A stretch of 42,717 nucleotides of DNA. Origin: a virus (taxonomy: Duplodnaviria > Caudoviricetes). Below the pieces are notes generated by a model. It saw nothing but the letters and a program-made list of their open reading frames with translations. It ran no database searches and was not told the origin of the DNA. Below, piece by piece: positions 25,327 to 33,177 of this stretch. Position 1 is the stretch's first letter; the number at the start of each line of letters is the position of its first letter. A program made the position numbers and the translations under genes. Where the stretch lies: the IMG/VR virus record IMGVR_UViG_3300017747_004151, positions 1-42,717 of that record. One strand, written 5' to 3'.

Positions 25327-25946
25327 GGTACGTAGATCCTGTTTGGGTCTTGCTCTGCCACCTTCAGGTACCCGTGAGCCCGGAGCAGGCGATCGAGGCC
25401 CTCGGGGGTGTCTCCGTACCGCCGCAGCTGCCTCTCGACCACCTCGACGATGACCACCGGCCGGCAGCGCCGCAGGGTTTTCGATGCGCCGCGCAGCGCC
25501 CGGACCTCGGCTCCCTCGAGGTCCAATTTCAGCAGATTGCAGTCGTCAAGGTTCAGGGTGTCGATGGCGATGCCGCTTGCATAGCAGTCCTCTTCGGTGC
25601 CCTCGCCGGGTGCCGACTCCAAGGCTGGCGCCGCGTAGTAGGCGGTACTCGAGGTCCGCTTCTTCGGGTGCGTCATTCGCAGCAGCATGTTGCTGTCCCA
25701 GAGGGCGGTCGGGCTCGGGTAGATGTTCGGCGTCGAGTCGGTCCGCTCTCGCAAGTTCTGGTAGCTGAATCCCACCGGCTCGAACGCCATCACCGCCCGG
25801 AAGTGCGGAGCCATGGCCATGGCCCACTTGCCGACGTTGGCGCCGCCGTCGATCGCCATTTCGTGGTTCCGCACGTGACCCAGCGCGACGCTGAGGATCT
25901 CCATCTCCAGCGCCTCGCTGGCATCGCGATCTTTCACACTCTTCAT
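25320..25946 (-). CDS. FkbM-family methyltransferase
   Basis: IDGGANVG, FEP, LLKLDLEGAE..ALRGA..TL....PVVIVE. Confidence 0.92.
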   Translation of the reverse strand: MKSVKDRDASEALEMEILSVALGHVRNHEMAIDGGANVGKWAMAMAPHFRAVMAFEPVGFSYQNLRERTDSTPNIYPSPTALWDSNMLLRMTHPKKRTSSTAYYAAPALESAPGEGTEEDCYASGIAIDTLNLDDCNLLKLDLEGAEVRALRGASKTLRRCRPVVIVEVVERQLRRYGDTPEGLDRLLRAHGYLKVAEQDPNRIYVPC

Positions 25947-26137
25947 CGTTTCTTCCGGTGCATGTCTGCTTTTGGGCAGCTCGCGAAGTGGGATCGGTGC
26001 TTCTTGGCGTCGAACACCGTATCCCCGGCGGTGTACGTGTCGGCGTCGATCGGCATGTTCTTTCCGGCAGCGGTCTCGATCCAGATGATCGGTTGCCCGC
26101 AGCTACGGCAGCGGTGCGTCTCCCCTGGCATGCTCAT
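25943..26137 (-). CDS. Small Zn-binding phage protein
   Basis: CRSCG.PI.W..T..GK.MPID...SHFASCP. Confidence 0.7.
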   Translation of the reverse strand: MSMPGETHRCRSCGQPIIWIETAAGKNMPIDADTYTAGDTVFDAKKHRSHFASCPKADMHRKKR

Positions 26138-26406
26138 CGCTGCGGATCCTTTGGCAGCACCGGGTCTGGTCTCGGGCCCCCGGTCATGCTGGGCCGCTGG
26201 ATTTCGATGTTGGCTGGTTTGGCTACCTGCAGCTGCGGCTCGTCAAAGTGGCCGGTCTCCAGCATTGATCCATCGTCTTTCAGCTTGTTTGGCTGAACCT
26301 GGAGGCGCACGCAGCCGTGCAAGTACTCCGTCCGGCTGATAACGATGCCCCGGAATCCAGAGATTGAATCCCAGACTTCATCTCCTAGGTTGATTCGATT
26401 GCTCAT
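26134..26406 (-). CDS. Conserved phage hypothetical protein
   Basis: LGD.V.D.ISGF.G....R.EYL.GC...VQP...FDE..L...GGP; AGGAG RBS. Confidence 0.7.
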   Translation of the reverse strand: MSNRINLGDEVWDSISGFRGIVISRTEYLHGCVRLQVQPNKLKDDGSMLETGHFDEPQLQVAKPANIEIQRPSMTGGPRPDPVLPKDPQR

Positions 26407-26418
26407 AGCGGTGCTCTC

Positions 26419-26655
26419 CTACGTTGGCTTCTCGACGACGCTGACGCCGTTCTGCAGCACGATCACGTGGATGCTTGGCGCCAGCTTTTTGAACTCGAAG
26501 TTAATCCGTGTCATCTGCTCTGCGGTCAGCGGCCGGGTGGATTGCAGTAACACCGTTTCCCCGGGGGCCGCCTTCGTTGCGCTCAGGATCCCGGCGAGGT
26601 CCTGCCGTAGGCTGGACGCGGATGATGACGTTCGTGACTTCCGGGCCGCGGTCAT
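26419..26655 (-). CDS. Hypothetical protein overlapping the SDR gene 3' end
   Basis: AAGGGAG RBS before ATG 26655. Confidence 0.45.
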   Translation of the reverse strand: MTAARKSRTSSSASSLRQDLAGILSATKAAPGETVLLQSTRPLTAEQMTRINFEFKKLAPSIHVIVLQNGVSVVEKPT

Positions 26656-27172
26656 AAAGCACTCCCTTGACGGTTCTGGCGACGTCGATCGATCGGCAGT
26701 GTGGGCGTTCCTCGAGGACCTTCGGGTAATCATGCCGCTGCGATACCCAGTAGCTGTCGCCGATGATCGGGGGGCAGACGCACACCAGCTGCTGGTTTAA
26801 CCCGGTCCGGCGCCACTTCACGTAGGCGTGCAGTCCTGCCTTGCCGAGCGCGTAGGCTTCGTCGTGGCTGCCGTTGATCGCGGACTCGCTGCCGATCACG
26901 CAGATGCGGATCTCCGGCGTGTTGTCGAGAAACAGGTTGCACATCCGGACCACGCTGACCATGTTGATCCAGAGGCTCTCTTGGATCTCTTGCTGGGACT
27001 GCTCCTCGATCTTCTTGTTGCCGATGTAGCCGCTCGCGATCAGGATTCTCGGCGGTGGTGGCCCGTCTTCGATCTCGTAGAAATCGCACACCGCAGTGCC
27101 ATGCGGCAGGATCGGGATCAGTGCTTTCGCGATCGATGTCCGGATCCCGGCAATGGCAATGACGTTACGCAT
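26501..27172 (-). CDS. SDR-family NAD(P)-dependent oxidoreductase
   Basis: IAGIRTSIA Rossmann variant, IGSES, YALGK (YxxxK). Confidence 0.75.
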   Translation of the reverse strand: MRNVIAIAGIRTSIAKALIPILPHGTAVCDFYEIEDGPPPPRILIASGYIGNKKIEEQSQQEIQESLWINMVSVVRMCNLFLDNTPEIRICVIGSESAINGSHDEAYALGKAGLHAYVKWRRTGLNQQLVCVCPPIIGDSYWVSQRHDYPKVLEERPHCRSIDVARTVKGVLYDRGPEVTNVIIRVQPTAGPRRDPERNEGGPRGNGVTAIHPAADRRADDTD

Positions 27173-28154
27173 TGATCATCTCCGTTACCACCCGGCCGGC
27201 GTGGAGGATGGCGTCGATCTTCCCCGCGCGCACGCGCAGGCGAGAGAAATCCACCTGCTGAATATCCACCAGCCTGGCGTCCGCTCCGGACTTCGGCATG
27301 GCCCGGATCGAGAGGCGGTGGTCTTTCAGCTCGTAGCGCTTCCGGCTGTCCGGCCAGTAGTGGGCCAGCTGGTCGATCATGTCATTGCACCGCCTGGCGA
27401 TGGCTCTTGAAGTCAGCGACTTCAGCAATTGCCGGGCGTCCTCGTACCGATGGCACGTCTTGCTGAACGGCGTGAACTTCGCGGAGGTCAGGCTGTTGAG
27501 GTGCTTGTCCTCATCCCATGGGTAGAGGCTCGGAAACGGGCCGTCCATGATCGTGACCGCCCGGTCCGTCGGGCCTTTCAGCAGGGCAGTGACGCAGGGC
27601 TCGAATCGGTCGATATTCAGCGCATCGTTCGCGCAGAAGGTGCAGTCAATCGTCCAGTCGAATCGCTGGCCGTCGTCGGTCGGGGGCCGCTTCAGCTTGA
27701 TGATGTCGCCGAGCAACTTCCTGAAGTGCTCTCGCGCCTTCGCGATGACAATGTGCCTCTCCCCGGTCATCAGCGCGCCCTCGACGTTCTGCAGCCCATA
27801 CTCGGCTGGATCCTCGACGACGATGTATTGGCAGTCGCTGCGAAGGACTTGCATGTACGTCCCGAAGTCCACCTGCGATTCGTGCTCCGCCACGGCATAG
27901 AGGTTGACCGGGACCGCCCGGGTCATGAACCCGTAGGCGTCCATGAACGCCGAGTAATGATCTTGGCAGGCCGCTCTGGTGAGGTGCGATCGCGGGTAGT
28001 GGAATCCCAAGTGGAGGCGCGCTGGGTTGCCGCCGCTCGCGCCCATGAAGATGTCCTTGCCGATTTCGTGCAGCTCGACCTCGCAGCCGCGCGCGTGAAG
28101 AACCGCTGCAATGTGGCAGCCGTACCATCCGCCTCCGAGCACTCTAATCCTCAT
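27165..28154 (-). CDS. FAD-dependent oxidoreductase (DAO-like)
   Basis: VLGGGWYG, GASGGNPARLHLGFHYPRS, IMDGPF.SLYP, GKID. Confidence 0.85.
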   Translation of the reverse strand: MRIRVLGGGWYGCHIAAVLHARGCEVELHEIGKDIFMGASGGNPARLHLGFHYPRSHLTRAACQDHYSAFMDAYGFMTRAVPVNLYAVAEHESQVDFGTYMQVLRSDCQYIVVEDPAEYGLQNVEGALMTGERHIVIAKAREHFRKLLGDIIKLKRPPTDDGQRFDWTIDCTFCANDALNIDRFEPCVTALLKGPTDRAVTIMDGPFPSLYPWDEDKHLNSLTSAKFTPFSKTCHRYEDARQLLKSLTSRAIARRCNDMIDQLAHYWPDSRKRYELKDHRLSIRAMPKSGADARLVDIQQVDFSRLRVRAGKIDAILHAGRVVTEMINA

Positions 28155-28344
28155 TCTTCACCGCCAGGTCTATCCAAAGGCCGGCCACGGTTCCGGTTGC
28201 GCGCACGCCCTGCCGGCGTGCCTCTGCTCGGGTCACCGCGTAAACCGACAGGATGACGTACTCGTTTTTTCGCCCGGTGCACAGCCGCACATTCATGTCC
28301 GGATCGAATCCCTGCAGCTCTGCGATCAGCTCCGCGACGGTCAT
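28144..28344 (-). CDS. Hypothetical protein
   Basis: MTVAELIAELQGFDPDMNV; ATGA overlap. Confidence 0.6.
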   Translation of the reverse strand: MTVAELIAELQGFDPDMNVRLCTGRKNEYVILSVYAVTRAEARRQGVRATGTVAGLWIDLAVKNED

Positions 28345-28940
28345 ACGATATGCCTCTCGACGATCACCTGGCCGTTCTCCCGCCGCTCGCGGGTTGCGAT
28401 GGTGATCTCGCATCCGTTGTGCGGCCTGGCAGCGATGAATGCTCGCCACTCCACCGCCGTCCACCGTGGCATCCTCCCGGGATCCGCAAAGACTTGCTTC
28501 CGGACCTCGCCGATCTTCTCCGCGATGTACACCGCTCTGGTCGCGAAGGTCGTCAGCTGGTCGATTGCCCATGGCAGGTCGTCGACCGGGATGCTGCCCA
28601 GCGCGTGCGTGCACACCACGAGGTCGAAGTGGCCGGTGGGCGTCTTTGCGTACGGAGGGTATGCCGGGTCGAAGAGCGTCACTGGGACGCCCCAGTACTC
28701 CTCGATCGTCATGCCCTTCGGGATGCTGGCGTCGTCGCCGTGGCTCACCCACTGGTACTGCACTCCCTTGCCGCATCCGTAGTCGAGCACCGACTTGCAT
28801 TCGAGGCGGTCGATGATCGCCTTGATAAAGGGGGCATGCGGTCTCAGAAACTTCCCGCTGTACGTCTTGCTCGACGCGTGGTGGGCCTGCGCCTCTGCGA
28901 GGCAGCGGTAGTAGTGCTCGGATGGCTTCTTCACGGTCAC
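28341..28940 (-). CDS. Class I SAM-dependent methyltransferase
   Basis: VLDYGCGKG, FDPA, FDLVVCT. Confidence 0.88.
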   Translation of the reverse strand: MTVKKPSEHYYRCLAEAQAHHASSKTYSGKFLRPHAPFIKAIIDRLECKSVLDYGCGKGVQYQWVSHGDDASIPKGMTIEEYWGVPVTLFDPAYPPYAKTPTGHFDLVVCTHALGSIPVDDLPWAIDQLTTFATRAVYIAEKIGEVRKQVFADPGRMPRWTAVEWRAFIAARPHNGCEITIATRERRENGQVIVERHIV

Positions 28941-29131
28941 TCCGTTATGCGATGAACGACGAGGCTTCGCAGCGGCTTAGGTTGCGCTGTTCCCCATGAA
29001 ACCGCCCACTGCCAGCAATGGTAGAGCGATCGCTCATGAAACACCCGCGTCTCCTCGCTGCCGTCAGCGAAGATCGCGACGACGCTGTAAGCCTTTGGCT
29101 GTTCCACTGAGGGCCGGCCGCGGTCATCCAT
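28937..29131 (-). CDS. Hypothetical protein
   Basis: ATG 29131; stop overlaps the next GTG. Confidence 0.45.
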   Translation of the reverse strand: MDDRGRPSVEQPKAYSVVAIFADGSEETRVFHERSLYHCWQWAVSWGTAQPKPLRSLVVHRITE

Positions 29132-29990
29132 AAATCTGGGGGCGCAGCGTCGCCCATGCCTCTCCCGATGCAAACTCCGGTTGCGTCCATTGGCAGTACG
29201 CGAGGTTCGCCATCCATTGCGCACGCGCCGATGGACTCGCCAGCGTCGGGTTAGCCAGGTCCTCGATGTCCGTACTGCTGATCGGCTTGGCGACCCCGTC
29301 GCCCAGAATGATGCAGGGCACGCCGAGCACCACCGCTTCAAAGCAGGCATTACTGCCGTGCGTCACCAGGCAATGCGCGCCCTTCAGTACTTGCTCGATG
29401 GTTTCCGGGTTCCTCGAGAACCGGGTCCCTTCGATCTCGACGGCTTCTTTCCAGCTGGGCTTGGGCCGGTAGACGATCTCGCGTTCCGATCCTCCGGCTT
29501 CCACCTCGCGGATCCGGCGCACCAGTTTCTTCGTCCATCCGGTGGGCTCTTTCAGGCCGTAGAAGTCATGGTATTTCTGACTGCTCCCGGCGATGACGAT
29601 GTGCTTGCCTTCCTTGCGCCAGGGCACGACCGGAATCCCCAGCCGCTCGATGCGGTCAAAGGGTCGAAGGATCGACATCAGCTTGGCGGTCGGGTGGTGG
29701 CCGTTCACCGAGGTGAGCCAGAACTCCCAGATTTTCACCGGGCCTGGCGCCGCGTGCCGGGTGTATCCCTTGTCCAGCATCACCGTGTGGATCCCGGCCT
29801 GCCAGTGCGCGTGGAACAGCGCCCGGCTCTTGACGCCGACCATGACCGCCACGTCCGCCTGCGCGACCTCGATCTCCGGCTGCAGGGGTCGCAGCTCGAC
29901 TTCGTCTCCGTGCGCTCTCACGCCGTCGCGGAAGGCATCGGCGAGGATCCGCTCCCGGGGTTTGTCGCTATGCCAGAACGTGACTTTCAT
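29124..29990 (-). CDS. GT-B glycosyltransferase-like (KpsS/KpsC-like), paralog C
   Basis: DKGY, PWRK.G..I, YRPKP, LVTHGSNA..EA...GVP, R..W..NLAYCQW...E...G.AW. Confidence 0.7.
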   Translation of the reverse strand: MKVTFWHSDKPRERILADAFRDGVRAHGDEVELRPLQPEIEVAQADVAVMVGVKSRALFHAHWQAGIHTVMLDKGYTRHAAPGPVKIWEFWLTSVNGHHPTAKLMSILRPFDRIERLGIPVVPWRKEGKHIVIAGSSQKYHDFYGLKEPTGWTKKLVRRIREVEAGGSEREIVYRPKPSWKEAVEIEGTRFSRNPETIEQVLKGAHCLVTHGSNACFEAVVLGVPCIILGDGVAKPISSTDIEDLANPTLASPSARAQWMANLAYCQWTQPEFASGEAWATLRPQIYG

Positions 29991-30205
29991 ACTTCCACTC
30001 CGAATGCCTTTATGAGACGTTCCTGCCCGCTGCTTTCATAGGCCGCGACCACTTCGCAACCTTTGCGCGGACACTTGAGGAATAAAACTCCATTGTCCGG
30101 TGTTTGCCCTCTGTCCTGCACCATGCCGCCACCATGTATGGCGCACCTTTTTTCGGTCAGGCGGAATCTGCGGGCATGGGTGCCCTGCCCATCGATCCTG
30201 GTCAT
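29987..30205 (-). CDS. Small Cys/His protein in AT-richer insert
   Basis: CAIHG...CPRKGC; ATGA overlaps. Confidence 0.5.
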   Translation of the reverse strand: MTRIDGQGTHARRFRLTEKRCAIHGGGMVQDRGQTPDNGVLFLKCPRKGCEVVAAYESSGQERLIKAFGVEV

Positions 30206-30672
30206 TTTTCGACCTCGTCGATGATTCGTCTCGCCAAACTTAACAATTCATCATTCGACAGCAGCAGCGCGAGCGCTGCTCTGCCGACAGAAGCCATGGC
30301 GGCCGTTGAAGAAATATTGTTAGCTTCACCAATTGTGGCCAGCGACATCCCTTCTAACCTTTGCTTTAATCTCCGCATCCCTTGGCGATCCGGGGCATAA
30401 AATATTGCCGGCCTACCGTCTGACATCCGGCGCATCCTCGCACCCGACCAGCTGACGATTTCCTGCACTGACTTGGTTTGTCTTTCATAAGGTTCACCTC
30501 TTTTAGGGGAAGCTTTCCCCATGATGTAAGTTCTCTCGCCTCGGTTTTTAAGGTGATTTTCTATAGCTGTTTTTACATGTTCTCTGTCCAGCGGTTCGAT
30601 CGGTACCTGCGCTTCCCACCCTAGTCTCCAGGCCTCGAGTCTTTTACGTGCTAGCGGTGATAGCTCATTCAT
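30202..30672 (-). CDS. Hypothetical protein in AT-richer insert
   Basis: ATG 30672 (ATGA overlap); many A/T third positions. Confidence 0.55.
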   Translation of the reverse strand: MNELSPLARKRLEAWRLGWEAQVPIEPLDREHVKTAIENHLKNRGERTYIMGKASPKRGEPYERQTKSVQEIVSWSGARMRRMSDGRPAIFYAPDRQGMRRLKQRLEGMSLATIGEANNISSTAAMASVGRAALALLLSNDELLSLARRIIDEVEK

Positions 30673-31523
30673 GGGATCAGTTTCTCCGCCTTGAGGTGTT
30701 GCCAGGCCGCGCCGCTCTGCATTTCCGCGATGCTCCATTGGGTGTAAGCGATGTCCCTCAGCCACGCCTCGCGGCCGTCTGGGAACATCGGCGTCTCGAT
30801 GCGCTTCAGGTCCTGCAGCGCCATCTCCGTGGCAACACCGCGCCAGCAGAACGCGGGGATGCCGGCCACGAGGCCGTCGATGGCGACGTTGCTATGGTGC
30901 GTAACCACCGCCCAGCAATCGCGCAGGTCGTCCTCGACCTCGCGCGCGTGTGGCGCGCTGTAGGCGACGCCAGCCATGACGATGGGCTTTGCCTTTTTCC
31001 AGCTGGGCTTCGGTCGGTAGAGGATCGGCCGGTCCGTGACTTGCCGGATGGCCGTGATCGCCTCGCGTTCCCATTGCTCGACCGGGTACCCCTCCGCCTG
31101 GCTCCCCTTGTCGCCCATGCCGGCCAGCAGGATATGGCTGCCGGTCTTTCGCCATGGTTTGACTTGAATGCCGAACCGCTCGAGGCGGTCTGCATCGTGC
31201 TGGCGCTTCCGGTAGTAGGACGTCGGGTGGCGATCGTTGATGCTGACCTTGTGGTACCCGCTCCACCGGCCGCCCTCGCGCCGGCCCCAGTAGCCAAGGT
31301 CGACGTACACCGCCTTCGCCTGGCTCCGGTAGTCAGCGAATATCTGGGGCATTTTCCCCTCGAGGCCGTAGAAGATCGCGACGTCGTGGTCGACGCGTCC
31401 GGTGTACTCGTGCTCGAAGCAGCGCCGGGCAATGTCGCCGGATCGGTGCACGCCGTTGTACATGGCGTCTGCAATCAGCTGCGATCGGTGGTGCTGCCCG
31501 ATGGCGAACACCGCGACGTTTAG
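30669..31523 (-). CDS. GT-B glycosyltransferase-like, paralog B (start uncertain)
   Basis: DLGYW, PWRK.G..I, YRPKP, VVTHHSNVA..G...GIP, R..W...IAYTQW...E...G.AW. Confidence 0.7.
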   Translation of the reverse strand, partial: LNVAVFAIGQHHRSQLIADAMYNGVHRSGDIARRCFEHEYTGRVDHDVAIFYGLEGKMPQIFADYRSQAKAVYVDLGYWGRREGGRWSGYHKVSINDRHPTSYYRKRQHDADRLERFGIQVKPWRKTGSHILLAGMGDKGSQAEGYPVEQWEREAITAIRQVTDRPILYRPKPSWKKAKPIVMAGVAYSAPHAREVEDDLRDCWAVVTHHSNVAIDGLVAGIPAFCWRGVATEMALQDLKRIETPMFPDGREAWLRDIAYTQWSIAEMQSGAAWQHLKAEKLIP

Positions 31524-32299
31524 AGCTCCAGCAGACGCTTGAGTGGCAGGCCGGTTGCGATTTCTTCGGTGTTCCATGTTGTCCACGCCAGCCTCTCGAA
31601 CATCGGCAGCCTCGACTGCAGGTAGGGGTACTCGATCGATTTCCCCAACAGCTGCCCGGCGCCCGCCCCTATCCATTTCTGGTGCCCGAAGAACACCGGA
31701 ACGCCGAGCACCAATGCCTTCAGGGCCGCCCCGGACGCCCACGTGACGCAGCAGTACGCGTCGCGCAGATCATCCTCGATCGGGGCGGCGGTGCCCTCTC
31801 CGGGGTGCTCTCGAATCCGGACCGGCCGCGCAGTTGCCTGCTGCAGTCGCTCCGCCACTCGACGGTGCCAGCCACTCGGCTGCGCGATCCCGTCCGGGCC
31901 GATTCCCCTCTGGGCCAGAACAATAACCTCTTTCCCGCCCTTGCGCCACTCGCAAAGGTTGACTCCCCATTTCGCCCAGCGTTCCGGGCCTCCGGCCGGG
32001 AATCGGCCACCGCCCGCCGCAGGGTTGTCGAGCGCGATGGAGTACCAGCGGTGGCGATCGCCGCGCCAGTCGCGGCCCATGAGGCCGTTCTCGCAGCAGA
32101 TCACCCGGGCTCCGACCCGATCAAACATCGCCGCCGCGCGCGCCCACGGGCCGTAGCGGTTCCAGATCAGGAGCACGTCGTCTTTGCCTGGCTGGTCTCG
32201 CGGAGGCCCGTGGACCTCGTAGCCGCAGGCCTGCAGGCCGGCGTTGAACGCCTCCCGCCGGTAGTGCGGGTCGTGGCGGATCATGCTGTACGCCCTCAC
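31520..32299 (-). CDS. GT-B glycosyltransferase-like, paralog A
   Basis: Start GTG 32299 (GTGA overlap); ENG, WRK.G..V, REHPG, VTWASGAA..AL..GVP, LAW..W...EI..G. Confidence 0.7.
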   Translation of the reverse strand: MRAYSMIRHDPHYRREAFNAGLQACGYEVHGPPRDQPGKDDVLLIWNRYGPWARAAAMFDRVGARVICCENGLMGRDWRGDRHRWYSIALDNPAAGGGRFPAGGPERWAKWGVNLCEWRKGGKEVIVLAQRGIGPDGIAQPSGWHRRVAERLQQATARPVRIREHPGEGTAAPIEDDLRDAYCCVTWASGAALKALVLGVPVFFGHQKWIGAGAGQLLGKSIEYPYLQSRLPMFERLAWTTWNTEEIATGLPLKRLLEL

Positions 32300-32925
32300 C
32301 GGATGGCTTCCAGCGGCGTCTTCGGCCAGTACGGCAGCGCCGACCAGGCGCACGTGTTGATGACCTCGATGTCCTCGAGGCGCAGGTCTATCGCCATTTT
32401 GCCCATGCCTTTCACGAACGCGCCGAAGTTCGAACGCGTGATCAGTCCCTTCGGGTGGTCGCCGAACCAGTGTTCTCTGTCACCGCGCCGGCACATGTCG
32501 AATCCGACGAGCACGATGCGCTTGGCACCCCAGCGGTAGGCGAGGTTGATTCCCTGCGCCCCGCTGTTGCCGACCATGCCGCCGCTCCGGATCGGGCCTG
32601 GCGCTTTGCCTAGGCCTTCGGCGTGCTGGACTTCGACGAGCGTGATGTCTTCGACCCGGTTCCTCGGGTTCCACTGCGCGCTCGAGTACTTTTCGCCTGC
32701 GAACCCGTCTCGGATTCGCTCGAGGTAGGTGGGCTCGCCTGGCTCTCTGCGGGCGCTCCACCAGCGTTCGTCGGCGGCGTAGAGGGCTGCGGCTCCGGGG
32801 TGACGCTGCCAAGCATCGTTGATGGCGATGGCTGGCCAATCTGGCCAATCTCCCGGGCCGTACGCGTTGCCGCTTGGCCCAGTGGCGATGACGAGGGCGG
32901 TGCATCGTGCGTCTCGAAATTCCCA
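32296..32925 (-). CDS. Maf/DUF115- or sialyltransferase-like glycosyltransferase domain (start unresolved; frame open to 33105)
   Basis: VIATGPS, IAIND, LYAAD..WW, NSG..GINLA...GAKRI.LVGFD, HWFGDHP, VIN. Confidence 0.7.
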   Translation of the reverse strand, partial: WEFRDARCTALVIATGPSGNAYGPGDWPDWPAIAINDAWQRHPGAAALYAADERWWSARREPGEPTYLERIRDGFAGEKYSSAQWNPRNRVEDITLVEVQHAEGLGKAPGPIRSGGMVGNSGAQGINLAYRWGAKRIVLVGFDMCRRGDREHWFGDHPKGLITRSNFGAFVKGMGKMAIDLRLEDIEVINTCAWSALPYWPKTPLEAIR

Positions 32926-33089
32926 GCCAGCCGGTCGCCGGAGAGGATCTCCACGTGTCCCGCTCCCATCAGGGCGTATGCCCGGTCTCGCGTCGTGTTC
33001 CACTCTTGTCCCTTGCTGACGTGGCCCTCGAACATGCTGCTGAATCGAATCAGGGCTCGCACCCTGAATTCTGTTGCTGGATTGGTCAT
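32610..33089 (-). CDS. Small post-capsid protein; ~55-aa N-domain plus low-complexity tail
   Basis: GAGG RBS. VRAL..F....G.V..G.E.......A..L...G.VE resembles small proteins that follow HK97-type capsid genes. Confidence 0.6.
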   Translation of the reverse strand: MTNPATEFRVRALIRFSSMFEGHVSKGQEWNTTRDRAYALMGAGHVEILSGDRLAGNFETHDAPPSSSPLGQAATRTAREIGQIGQPSPSTMLGSVTPEPQPSTPPTNAGGAPAESQASPPTSSESETGSQAKSTRARSGTRGTGSKTSRSSKSSTPKA

Positions 33090-33107
33090 TGCGGTGCTTC
33101 CTCATAC

Positions 33108-33148
33108 AAAAAGAAACCCCACCACCGGGTTCGCTCCGGTGGTGGGGT
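33108..33148 (-). terminator. Rho-independent terminator after the capsid gene
   Basis: 13-bp perfect stem ACCCCACCACCGG/CCGGTGGTGGGGT followed by TTCTTTTT on the minus strand. Confidence 0.88.
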
Positions 33149-33177
33149 GTTTAGGGCTGAATGCCAGCCAGAGGGAA

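Noticed and set aside
32610-32915. Ser/Pro/Thr-rich tail of the 159-aa ORF as a mucin-like acceptor
   Set aside because: This composition is expected from reading a GC3-rich gene out of frame, so it is not independent evidence.
23795-33089. GT cluster as DNA hypermodification or serotype conversion
   Set aside because: No thymidylate synthase/hydroxymethylase, TET/JBP, nucleotide kinase, own polymerase or membrane GtrABC genes, and the location is within morphogenesis genes. Disfavoured, not excluded.
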